Source: Kiritimatiellia bacterium (GTDB lineage: Bacteria > Verrucomicrobiota > Kiritimatiellia > RFP12 > UBA1067). From it: a DNA stretch of 64,000 nucleotides. The stretch's first letter is position 1. Each line of letters starts with the position of its first letter. This document shows, in pieces, positions 55,929-64,000 of the stretch. A model generated the notes under the pieces. That model searched no databases. It was not told where the DNA came from and saw nothing but the letters and a program-made list of their open reading frames with translations. The stretch spans positions 119,905 to 183,904 of the forward strand of contig JAFWKK010000003.1 in the NCBI GenBank assembly GCA_017514235.1, given 5' to 3'. A program made the position numbers and the translations under genes.

Positions 55929-56933
55929 TCATCCCTCCGGCTGCGCCTCGTCCCGGCCGTCCACGAGCCCTTCTCTCTCGTCGCAACCGAGCACGATGTT
56001 CATGTTCTGTATCGCCGCGCCGGACGCGCCCTTGCCTAGATTGTCGAATCGCGAGACGAGAACCGTGCGCTCGCCGCTGCCGTAGGCTGAAACCTCCATG
56101 TCGTCGCGGCCGGACAGCACCGCAGACGAGAGGAAGCCCCCTTCCTCCGCCGCAGGATCGGCGACGAACGAAACAAGGCCGCTCCCCGCGCCGTGCGTTC
56201 CGTAATACTCGCGGTAGCAGTCCCTGACCGCATCGACGTCCACGCCGTGGAGAGGCACTGTCACCTCCATGCCGCTCAGGTGCGGCACGACCACCGGCGA
56301 GAAGCACGGCGCATGGGCCAGCCCGCATATCGCGGTCATCTCCGGCAGATGCTTGTGCGCCTGGCCGAGCGCATACTGGCGCCCGCCGAGGAACATGGGT
56401 CGTGGAGAACCTTCCGGACCTCCTGCCGTTGCGCGCAGCTCATCGCCATACTGCGCTATCATCTTCTTGCCGCCGCCGGAATAGCCGGTCAGCGAGAACG
56501 CCGAGAGCTTCGCGTCCGCAGGGATCAGCCCGGCGCGGACGAGCGGTTCCACTAGCGCGACGAAGCCGCTCGCATGGCAGCCGGGATTCGCTATCCGCTT
56601 CGCCTTCGCAATGCGCCCGCGGCGGCCGGCAAGCTCGGGGAAGCCGTACTCCCAGCCTTCCGCCGTGCGGTGCGCGGTCGAAGTGTCTATGACGACGGTC
56701 TCTGGGTTCTCGACAAGCGAGACGGCTTCCACGGCCGCGGCGTCAGGAAGGCACAGGAACGCCACGTCAGCAGCGTTCAGGGCGTCGCGCCGGGCGGAAA
56801 CGTCCTTGCGCAGCTCGTCCGGCAGCACGACCGTCTCAAGGTCGCCCCGTCCGTCCAGCCGCTCGCGAATCCTGAGCCCCGTCGTGCCAGCCGAGCCGTC
56901 GATGAAGACCCTCTTCTTCAAATGTCCCTCCAT
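55929..56933 (-). CDS. argC: N-acetyl-gamma-glutamyl-phosphate reductase
   Basis: It has an N-terminal NAD-binding segment (VFIDGSAGTTG) and the active-site motif NPGCHASG. Confidence 0.85.
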   Translation of the reverse strand: MEGHLKKRVFIDGSAGTTGLRIRERLDGRGDLETVVLPDELRKDVSARRDALNAADVAFLCLPDAAAVEAVSLVENPETVVIDTSTAHRTAEGWEYGFPELAGRRGRIAKAKRIANPGCHASGFVALVEPLVRAGLIPADAKLSAFSLTGYSGGGKKMIAQYGDELRATAGGPEGSPRPMFLGGRQYALGQAHKHLPEMTAICGLAHAPCFSPVVVPHLSGMEVTVPLHGVDVDAVRDCYREYYGTHGAGSGLVSFVADPAAEEGGFLSSAVLSGRDDMEVSAYGSGERTVLVSRFDNLGKGASGAAIQNMNIVLGCDEREGLVDGRDEAQPEG

Positions 56934-56940
56934 GCCGCAT

Positions 56941-56949
56941 ATTATACCA
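56941..56949 (-). promoter_or_regulatory. Extended -10 TGGTATAAT, 7 nt upstream of the argC ATG
   Basis: The consensus is exact on the minus strand. Confidence 0.6.
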
Positions 56950-56993
56950 CATTCCCCGGCGGCAGCGGCGGCCCGGACGATTCCGGCGGACAG

Positions 56994-57401
56994 CTACGGA
57001 AGGAGCTTGAAGTCGGGGAGCGCGTCGAGAACCTGCGTGCGCGTCTCGTTCGTGTCGAGGAGACGCTCGTCGTCGTTGCGCAGGAACCGCACCTTGGCGC
57101 CGTAGAACTTCGCGGCCTCCAGCGCCTCCTTCTCGCGGGTTTCGCCGATGAGCTTCGTGTCGGTCATCTCGTTGGAGCCGGTGTTTCCGCTTGTCGCCAG
57201 TGCGATGAAGATGTTGTGGCCGGCCTTCCTGTACTTGAGAAGCGTGCCGCCGACGTTAAGCTCCACGTCGTCAGGGTGCGCCCCGAAGGCCAGTATGTTC
57301 AACTTCCCGTCGGGCTTTTCCGCAGCGCCGGCGCATGGCGCCATCATCATTCCCAGCGCGGCAAGCACCGCAAGCCTGCGCGTAGTCATTGCCATGTGCA
57401 T
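56994..57401 (-). CDS. PIG-L/LmbE-family deacetylase, short (possibly truncated)
   Basis: It has a signal-like N-terminus and the AHPDD motif (LAFGAHPDDVELNVGG). It is only 135 aa, whereas the fold is usually about 220 aa or more. Confidence 0.55.
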   Translation of the reverse strand: MHMAMTTRRLAVLAALGMMMAPCAGAAEKPDGKLNILAFGAHPDDVELNVGGTLLKYRKAGHNIFIALATSGNTGSNEMTDTKLIGETREKEALEAAKFYGAKVRFLRNDDERLLDTNETRTQVLDALPDFKLLP

Positions 57402-57413
57402 TCCCTCCCGTCT

Positions 57414-58376
57414 TTATCTTGCGGCCATCAGCTGATCGATGGACGCGAAATGCTTAGCGACGTTGGCCTCTTTCGTCTCTCCCCACGGCGCGGTCATGAA
57501 GCCCTTGAGCCGTTCGGGGGCGATCACCTTGCGGCAGAACGGAACCGTCAGGCCGTTGTTCTGCCGGTTGTAGCAGTTCGACCCGGTAGGAACCTGGTCG
57601 AAGCCCGCCTTCTCCAGAAGCTCGTACGCCTCGGCGCGCGTCTTCTGATGGGCGTCCTTCTCCTCCGTAAACGCCGTGCCGTAGTACCAGTTGGACTGAA
57701 GAACGCTTTTGGGCATGCGGCTGACGAATTCGTCAGGGTGCTTCCAGCAGTAGTCGCTCCATATCCAGGGACGGCACCCGAGCTTCTCCACGAATCCCGA
57801 AAGGTACAGGAAGTCGTGCCACCACAGCTCTCCCTGGCGCACGATGGAGATCGCATAGTAGGCCTGATTGCCGGCCGTCTCCTCGTCGTAGCCGAGATGG
57901 AAGAGCCGTGGCTTGTCGAAGGCTTCCCAGACTTCGCGTATCACGTCGGCGCAGACCCTGTAGTACTCCGGGGTCGAGACCATGCGCCCGTAGTCCTTCA
58001 GCCACGTGTCGTGGCATGTGGAGAAGTTGAGCTTCGGAATCGGCTCAAGGCCCATCCCGCGCAGGCGTTCCAGCTCCTTTCGGAAGCGGTCGATCTCCCA
58101 CGACCCCTTCACCGCCAGCTCTGGATGGCTCTTGAGCAGAAGGCCCTCTCCGATGTCGATGACGACCATGTTCATGCCTTTTTCGGCGGCATGCGCCGTC
58201 ACCTTCCGCCAGGCGTTCTCGTCGAAACGCAGATGGTCCGCCGCGCAGACGCCTGCCAGCCGCTTCGGGTCGGTTACGCGGTTCGCCTTCGGCCCCCAGA
58301 ACGGCACGGGCACGTCGCTCCACATGTTGCGGCCCATGTGCAGAAGCACGGCCCATATGAAATCTTTGTCTTTCAT
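57414..58376 (-). CDS. Putative glycoside hydrolase, GH20-like catalytic-domain signature
   Basis: The 320-aa protein has a FHLGYDEE motif that resembles the H-x-G-x-D-E catalytic motif of GH20 hexosaminidases. It has no signal peptide. Confidence 0.45.
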   Translation of the reverse strand: MKDKDFIWAVLLHMGRNMWSDVPVPFWGPKANRVTDPKRLAGVCAADHLRFDENAWRKVTAHAAEKGMNMVVIDIGEGLLLKSHPELAVKGSWEIDRFRKELERLRGMGLEPIPKLNFSTCHDTWLKDYGRMVSTPEYYRVCADVIREVWEAFDKPRLFHLGYDEETAGNQAYYAISIVRQGELWWHDFLYLSGFVEKLGCRPWIWSDYCWKHPDEFVSRMPKSVLQSNWYYGTAFTEEKDAHQKTRAEAYELLEKAGFDQVPTGSNCYNRQNNGLTVPFCRKVIAPERLKGFMTAPWGETKEANVAKHFASIDQLMAAR

Positions 58377-58423
58377 TTTAGTGATTAGCGGTTGCTGTGG
58401 CTTAGGACAAGCCGTATTGCAAG

Positions 58424-60760
58424 TTACCGGATTAACAGAATTGTGCCGAGACAGACGCTTGTGACTGTCGCGACGGCCGTCGGTTCGCTCTCACGTTCCA
58501 CGCCATAGAGACTGAACACCGCCACCGCCTGATAGTCATGGCGATAGCCTTCATCTGTCTTTGTGCCGCCGCGCGTCCACTGGACAGACAGCTCGCCGTC
58601 CGTTCCGCCTTCGATCGGCTCGCCGTCGCAGAGCCAGCGGTACGACACGGCGCCCGGCGAATATGCGGTAAGCGTAGTCGTGGCGCCATAGTCAAGGCTG
58701 TCGTCATACCCCGGCTTGACGTAGCAGTTCAGCTCGCCGTGATCCGTTCCCGCGCCGCCGAACGTGAACGCCCCGGCGGCGGTGCTGTCGTTCTTCACGA
58801 TCTCGCCCGTCACCGTGTCGTAGAAGCCAACGACGTCACCCTTCTTGTACGGAATCAGCTCGCGCACCGGCGTGTTGTTCCCGCCTTCAACATAGTTCTC
58901 GTAGAACCGGACACTGTAGATGCGGGCGTTCGGGCATCCATCAATAGCCGTCGCGGCGGTAGATGAGTACTTGCCGAAGATCGTAAGCGGGAGAATGGCT
59001 GTCTTTCCTGAAAAATCGGAAGCGAAAGCGGACTTGGGGGCTATCGACACGCCTGTCAAGATGTTCGTGCGGTTCGCCATGTCGGTGACGGCCGTGTGAC
59101 GCTTCGTGTCAGGCGTCATGACCCATTGCCTGTCGCAGCCATTGTTGGAATAGGGTCTCTGGCAGAACTTGAAGGAATCGCCAACGCCGGAACCGGTGGT
59201 GTAGAGGAATGTCTGCAATGTCGAGTCCGCACTGCTGCCGTAGATGTACTTCTGGGCGGCGGCCGTTACGAAGCGGAAGTCCACCTCAACACGGGAGATT
59301 GCGCCTTTCATCTTGTAGCCTGTACTCATGCCTGCCGAACCGTTAGATTCGATGTATGCGTCCTGCTCGCCTTCGATTTCACCGCCATATCCCGGCACGT
59401 TGTCGCCACTTCCTCCCAACACAGGCGCAAAGGCGCCAGTTCCGGTTTCGCGCAGTCCCGGAATGGCGGTTCCAGCCGCATAGTCATATCCCAGATACGG
59501 CACGAAGTCGCGCACCAATGCGCCCGCCTCATAGATCTTGCACCCGTAGATTCTAAGAGGCGTGTTGTAGCTGGTGCCGCTATAATAGGCGGCAATCTTT
59601 AACGTGGTGTTTCCCGAATAAGCGGTTGACGCAGGGACTGTCACCGTGCAGTTGGTGAATCCACATGTCGCGACAGCCGCCCTGACGTTACTCCCGTCAC
59701 CGCCGAGTATGTATGTGCGGCGCAGTTTGCGGAAGTCATTTGCAGCCGTAGCTGCCGGAAATGCGGCACGCCACCAGTTCGTCGTAAAATAAAAATCGTT
59801 TCCCGCCGCGCTCCACCTCAAACACCCCGCATGGGAGAGCGCGCCGAAATTAAACTGGAACCTCTTGCCAGACGACGGCGTACCGTCAAAAAGATACCAA
59901 AGGGTGCTGTTTTCGTACGATCCGCCCATCAGGTCCCCTTCCATCGCGCAGTCAAGCGCAACGCAGGTGTCATCCCCAATTACATAGCCAGTGTCGATGT
60001 ACAGTTTCCCGCCATTGGCATTTGCCGCCGTGGACACATACGCATTGTCCTGATATGTCGGCACGTTGTCGCCACCCGCCCTGAACGCCGCGACGTTCTC
60101 GCCGATGATGAAGCCGCCGCCGACAAGGTCCTTGAAGCATGGCGTCTCGCCGTCCTTCAGGCACGGCACGAAGTCGTGGACAAGCGCGTCGTTCTCGTAG
60201 ATTTTGACACCGTAGATCTTGGCCTTTGAACTGTTGCCAAACGCGGTTGCGCAGGCATTGTTGTACTGGGCGAAGAGCGAAAGCGGCAGATCGGCGACAA
60301 GGTCCGCGAACAGGCTCGCGTTGAATGTTCCCGTATATGTTGCCGTTTCGGAAACAATCTGATTCCTCCCGTTCTTGAGGTCCGTAACAAGAGTGTAGCG
60401 GTTGAGGTTTGCGGTTGCGAATTCACCGACGCTCCACTGGCTGTCGCCGTTCTTGCTTACATCCGTTGACGAAAAATTAGGCGTTCCTCTCACGCGAAAC
60501 GTATGTGCACCGCCAACGCCAGAACCAGTATAGTAGAACATCGTCCCAAGAGTCTTCTCTTGCGTCGTGTCACCGAAGATGCGCCACTGACCGGAGTTCT
60601 CCGTCGTCGTCAACTGGAAGTCCACCTCCACGCGGGAGATGCCGCCTTTCATGCGGTAGCCCGTGGAGATGCCGCTCGTGCCGAGCGATTCGATGTAAGG
60701 GTCTTCAGCCATGGCCGACGCCGTCAGCACGACTGCCGCAAGTGCCATCAGATTCTTCAT
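58424..60760 (-). CDS. Secreted protein with three internally repeated jelly-roll-like modules and an Ig-like C-terminus
   Basis: The start is taken at MKNLMALAAVVLTASAMA (AAGGAG Shine-Dalgarno). There are repeated blocks YIESLGTSGISTGYRMKGGISRVEVDF / YIESNGSAGMSTGYKMKGAISRVEVDF, and three closing motifs (K/R)IY..(K/R)(I/F)YE...V..(F/L)(V/I)P. Confidence 0.75.
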   Translation of the reverse strand: MKNLMALAAVVLTASAMAEDPYIESLGTSGISTGYRMKGGISRVEVDFQLTTTENSGQWRIFGDTTQEKTLGTMFYYTGSGVGGAHTFRVRGTPNFSSTDVSKNGDSQWSVGEFATANLNRYTLVTDLKNGRNQIVSETATYTGTFNASLFADLVADLPLSLFAQYNNACATAFGNSSKAKIYGVKIYENDALVHDFVPCLKDGETPCFKDLVGGGFIIGENVAAFRAGGDNVPTYQDNAYVSTAANANGGKLYIDTGYVIGDDTCVALDCAMEGDLMGGSYENSTLWYLFDGTPSSGKRFQFNFGALSHAGCLRWSAAGNDFYFTTNWWRAAFPAATAANDFRKLRRTYILGGDGSNVRAAVATCGFTNCTVTVPASTAYSGNTTLKIAAYYSGTSYNTPLRIYGCKIYEAGALVRDFVPYLGYDYAAGTAIPGLRETGTGAFAPVLGGSGDNVPGYGGEIEGEQDAYIESNGSAGMSTGYKMKGAISRVEVDFRFVTAAAQKYIYGSSADSTLQTFLYTTGSGVGDSFKFCQRPYSNNGCDRQWVMTPDTKRHTAVTDMANRTNILTGVSIAPKSAFASDFSGKTAILPLTIFGKYSSTAATAIDGCPNARIYSVRFYENYVEGGNNTPVRELIPYKKGDVVGFYDTVTGEIVKNDSTAAGAFTFGGAGTDHGELNCYVKPGYDDSLDYGATTTLTAYSPGAVSYRWLCDGEPIEGGTDGELSVQWTRGGTKTDEGYRHDYQAVAVFSLYGVERESEPTAVATVTSVCLGTILLIR

Positions 60761-60800
60761 GGAACACGCTCCTTGGTTCATGTTGTGACCTGCGGCTCCG

Positions 60801-60809
60801 ATTATACCA
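60801..60809 (-). promoter_or_regulatory. Extended -10 TGGTATAAT for the 60760 gene (about 40-nt leader)
   Basis: The consensus is exact on the minus strand. Confidence 0.55.
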
Positions 60810-60905
60810 AAAAGCGCAGAACGATAAGATTCTCTTTGCGGAAAATTAATAATTCCTTATGCGAACGATTCTGCCACGACCTGCATAGACAGATAACGGG
60901 GGGTA

Positions 60906-60914
60906 TGGTATAAT
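60906..60914 (+). promoter_or_regulatory. Extended -10 TGGTATAAT, 8 nt upstream of ATG 60923
   Basis: The consensus is exact. Confidence 0.6.
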
Positions 60915-60922
60915 CCCGTTGC

Positions 60923-61999
60923 ATGACTGGCAGGCAAATCCAAAGGCATCTCTTGGCGGACATCATGTCCGGAGCGTATTCGGACACGGGCAGGCTTCCG
61001 AGCGAATCTGCGCTTTCGAGCGCTTTCGGCGTGTCGCGCATGACGCTGCGCGGGGCGCTTGACGAACTCCGCAGGCAGGGCCTGATCGAGAAGCGCAACG
61101 GCTCCGGATCGTTCCTGACCAAGCGCGGACTTCGCCGAAGCGGCCTCATCGGTCTGGTCATTCCCGACTACAAGGCGTACAGCTTCTTCTCGGAAATCGA
61201 AAAAGAGGTAAAGCGGCACACTTCGCGACTCGGCTACCATGTCACGCTCGTATTCACCAGCGAGCGAACGCACGAATCCATAGTGCGCGACATCCGGCGC
61301 AAGGTGCGGGAGCTGGCCATAAGGCGTGCAGAAGGCGTCATATTCCGCCCTTTCGTCACTGAAGACCTCGCCGCGACGAACAAGGAGATTGTGGACATCT
61401 TCAGTCATGCCGAGGTTCCGGTAGTCCTCATAGACTCGGACATCACCCGTCCGCCGGAGCGCAGCGACTGCGACCTGGTGGCCGTAAACAACATCGGAGC
61501 GGGACGCCAGATCGCCGACCATCTCTACGGCCGCGGCTACAGGCGCATCGCGTTCCTCATGCGGAACAGGGATCCGTTCGCCAACGCGAACTGGGGCAAC
61601 CGCCTCTTCGGTCTCGCCGGAGAACTTGCGCTGATAGGCTGCGACGAGAGCGTCCGCCAGCTCGACTTCTCGCCGACCGACGAAAGCGCCGTACGCACGC
61701 TCCTTCGAAGCCGCAGGCGCCCGGACGCCATCGTCTGCGGGAACGACGAGCAGGCCACCATGCTTCTTGAAACCATCGGGCGCATCGGGAAGCGCGCGCC
61801 CAAAGACGTCGCCGTCGTCGGCTTCGACGACATCGCGCTCGCACGGACCGCCAAGCCTCCGCTCACGACGATCTCGCAGCCCGTCCGCAAGCTCGCCGCG
61901 ACTGCGTTCAAGACTCTCCTAGCCCGCATCCGCTACCCTAACAACGACCCGCGCGAGATACTGCTCGACGCTCCGCTCGTCGTCCGCCGCTCGACATAG
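60923..61999 (+). CDS. AraR-type chimeric regulator (GntR winged-HTH plus LacI/GalR-type sugar-binding domain)
   Basis: The N-terminus reads LPSESALSSAFGVSRMTLRGALDELRRQGLIEKRNGSGSF (GntR HTH). The C-terminal periplasmic-binding-protein-like fold includes VVGFDDI. Confidence 0.75.
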   Translation: MTGRQIQRHLLADIMSGAYSDTGRLPSESALSSAFGVSRMTLRGALDELRRQGLIEKRNGSGSFLTKRGLRRSGLIGLVIPDYKAYSFFSEIEKEVKRHTSRLGYHVTLVFTSERTHESIVRDIRRKVRELAIRRAEGVIFRPFVTEDLAATNKEIVDIFSHAEVPVVLIDSDITRPPERSDCDLVAVNNIGAGRQIADHLYGRGYRRIAFLMRNRDPFANANWGNRLFGLAGELALIGCDESVRQLDFSPTDESAVRTLLRSRRRPDAIVCGNDEQATMLLETIGRIGKRAPKDVAVVGFDDIALARTAKPPLTTISQPVRKLAATAFKTLLARIRYPNNDPREILLDAPLVVRRST

Positions 62000-62015
62000 C
62001 CGCAGGGGCAAAGCA

Positions 62016-63206
62016 ATGGCCGACACGATACTCTTTCTTCACGGGCCGTTCATAAGGACTTCGCGCCTTATGCTCGAAGGTCTCGCCGCATTCGCCGCCG
62101 AACGCGGCTGGAAGGTGCTGCACTTCTGTCCCCCAAAGGGCGCAAGGCGCGACTACCTCGTCCGACTCGCCGCCTCCTGGAACGCGCTTGGCATCGTCGA
62201 GGACTGCGGCGTCGAGCAGACCATGCCGCTGCCGTCCGGCGGACTCGGCGTGCCGTTCGTCTGCGTCGACCTGTCCCCTCCCAAGGCCGAGGCCCTGATG
62301 GCGTCCGAACGAAAGGCCGGATTGCGAAGCATCGGCTTCGTCAATGCGGACGACGAACTGTTCGTGAAGATGGCGGCCGACGAGCTGCTCAGCCATGACT
62401 TCTCGTCATACGCCTACGTGTCCTCATACTACCGTCGCCACTGGAGCGAACGCCGTCGCGAAGCATTCAGGCATGCGGTAGCGGACTCAGGAGGCGACTT
62501 CCGCGAATTCGACGGCAGGCGACAGGAGACTGGAGACGCCGAGGTCGTCCGCCGGCTCGGCAGCTGGCTCAAGGAACTGCCGAAGCCGTGCGGGCTTCTC
62601 GCCGCCAACGACCGCATAGCGGAACTCGTGCTCTCCGCGGCAAGGTTCAGCGGCGTCAGCGTGCCTGACATGGTCAGTGTCATCGGCATTGACAACGACG
62701 AGATGCTGTGCGAAAGCGTCTCGCCGTCGCTCACAAGCGTTCAGACGGACTTCGCAAGCGGCGGCTACCTCGCCGGCCGTCTCATCTCGGACATCATTGC
62801 AGGGAAACCCCTTTGTGACAAGCCTCTCCGCTATGGCGCACGGTGCATCGTTCACCGGCTCTCGACGCGACGCCTGAAGCGGAGCATGCCGTCGGTAAGG
62901 GGTGCGCTCGAGGCGATTCACCGCCATGCGGTCGAGGGAATGTCGGCTGCGGACGTCCTGCCGCTGCTGGGAGGCTCGCGGCGTTCCGCCGAAAAGCGCT
63001 TTCGGGCTGCGACGGGGAAGAGCATCCTGGAGGAAATCATAGACGTCAGGTTCAAGAAGCTGTTAACGCTGCTTGAACAAAGCCGCATGCCCCTAGGATC
63101 GCTCGCGGGGCATGCGGGGTTCACGTCTGAGAACCAGCTTCAGCGGCAGTTCAAGGCCCGCTTCGGAATGACGCTGTCGGAATACCGCAGGAAATCCCGG
63201 AGATGA
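62016..63206 (+). CDS. XylR-type regulator (sugar-binding domain plus C-terminal AraC HTH)
   Basis: It has a PBP-like N-domain (VIGIDND) and a C-terminal AraC double HTH (AGHAGFTSENQLQRQFKARFGMTLSEYRR). Confidence 0.75.
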   Translation: MADTILFLHGPFIRTSRLMLEGLAAFAAERGWKVLHFCPPKGARRDYLVRLAASWNALGIVEDCGVEQTMPLPSGGLGVPFVCVDLSPPKAEALMASERKAGLRSIGFVNADDELFVKMAADELLSHDFSSYAYVSSYYRRHWSERRREAFRHAVADSGGDFREFDGRRQETGDAEVVRRLGSWLKELPKPCGLLAANDRIAELVLSAARFSGVSVPDMVSVIGIDNDEMLCESVSPSLTSVQTDFASGGYLAGRLISDIIAGKPLCDKPLRYGARCIVHRLSTRRLKRSMPSVRGALEAIHRHAVEGMSAADVLPLLGGSRRSAEKRFRAATGKSILEEIIDVRFKKLLTLLEQSRMPLGSLAGHAGFTSENQLQRQFKARFGMTLSEYRRKSRR

Positions 63207-63225
63207 GCCGCCTGCGCGCCTGCGG

Positions 63226-64000
63226 TCACTCCCACTCTATCGTTGCGGGCGGCTTCGGGGTGACGTCCCAGACGACGCGGTTGACGCCCTTCACCTTCGT
63301 CGCTATCTTCTCGGCGACCATTGTCACGAACTTGAACGGAAGCTCCACGACGCCGGCCTTCACGAACTGCTGGGTCGAGATCGCGCGGATGCCGATCACG
63401 TAGCCGAACGTGCGCGCGCCGTTCTTGACGCCGACGGCCTTCACGTTCGTCATGATCGCGAAGAACTGCTGGGCCTTCCTGTCCAGCTTCGCCTTGCGCA
63501 TCTCGTCGCGGAAGATGAAGTCGGCCTGACGGAGTATGTCGAGCTTCTCCTTCGTCAGCTCGCCGATGCACCTGACCGCGAGGCCCGGGCCTGGGAACGG
63601 CTGGCGCATCACCATCTCCTCCGGAATGCCGAGAAGCTTGCCGACCCTGCGCACTTCGTCCTTGTAGAGGTACTTGACCGGCTCCACGAGCCCCTTGAAG
63701 ATGATGTCCTTCGGCAGCCCGCCGACGTTGTGGTGGGCCTTGACCGCCTTGTGCCCGCCAACGCCGGACTCGATGATGTCCGGGTAGATGGTGCCCTGGC
63801 CGAGGAAGTCGATGTCGCCGACCTTCTTCTTGAGGTCGCGCGCGACGTCGGCGAACACCTTGATGAACTCTCCGCCTATGCACTTGCGCTTCAGCTCGGG
63901 GTCGGTGATGCCCTTGGCCTTGTCAAGGAAACGCTTTTCGGCATCGATCTGGATCAGGTTGATGCCGAACTTGCCCTTGAAGACCTTCTTCACTTCCTTC
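63226..64000 (-). CDS. guaA: GMP synthase (glutamine-hydrolysing), C-terminal part; the gene continues past the right edge
   Basis: It has the dimerisation domain ending in PPATIEWE and upstream GMP-synthase C-domain blocks (GLPEEMVMRQPFPGPGLAVR). Confidence 0.9.
   Translation of the reverse strand, partial: KEVKKVFKGKFGINLIQIDAEKRFLDKAKGITDPELKRKCIGGEFIKVFADVARDLKKKVGDIDFLGQGTIYPDIIESGVGGHKAVKAHHNVGGLPKDIIFKGLVEPVKYLYKDEVRRVGKLLGIPEEMVMRQPFPGPGLAVRCIGELTKEKLDILRQADFIFRDEMRKAKLDRKAQQFFAIMTNVKAVGVKNGARTFGYVIGIRAISTQQFVKAGVVELPFKFVTMVAEKIATKVKGVNRVVWDVTPKPPATIEWE

Overview
High-GC (roughly 60-65%) bacterial chromosome segment, densely coded. Gene content hints at the PVC superphylum (Lentisphaerota, Kiritimatiellota or Verrucomicrobiota), but that is inference only. 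The left 10.8 kb looks accessory: the 3' end of a BsuBI/PstI-type restriction endonuclease gene, then three very large secreted adhesin-like proteins (choice-of-anchor-A/CARDB type, Listeria-Bacteroides-repeat type, GLUG type), with a four-helix-bundle (23S rRNA IVS / Avd-like) gene inserted between two of them. The rest is mostly housekeeping: fusA, an ECF-type sigma, rsmI, ruvC, larB plus a LarA-like gene, ispA, a ClC channel, rpoD, gatB, rsmE, murI, arfB, an rpiB-glyA fusion, nth, proB, tRNA-Val, ruvB, argC and partial guaA. Interspersed are a PilM/N-PilO-secretin module, a sialidase/NanA-like sugar locus, LamG-type giant secreted proteins and chimeric sugar regulators. The most unusual signals are: (1) palindromic arrays of 9-nt units placed exactly between a TGA stop and the next Shine-Dalgarno, two of which flank the four-helix-bundle gene as 82-nt direct repeats; (2) a C7-tract frameshift splitting a surface-protein gene; (3) a TGGTATAAT extended -10 box 6-8 nt upstream of many start codons, implying widespread leaderless mRNAs; (4) a secretin with a ~230-aa charged helical and tandem-repeat C-terminal tail plus linked unknown proteins. 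No CRISPR array, transposase, integrase or rRNA was seen. All protein family calls come from reading motifs by eye, not from database searches.
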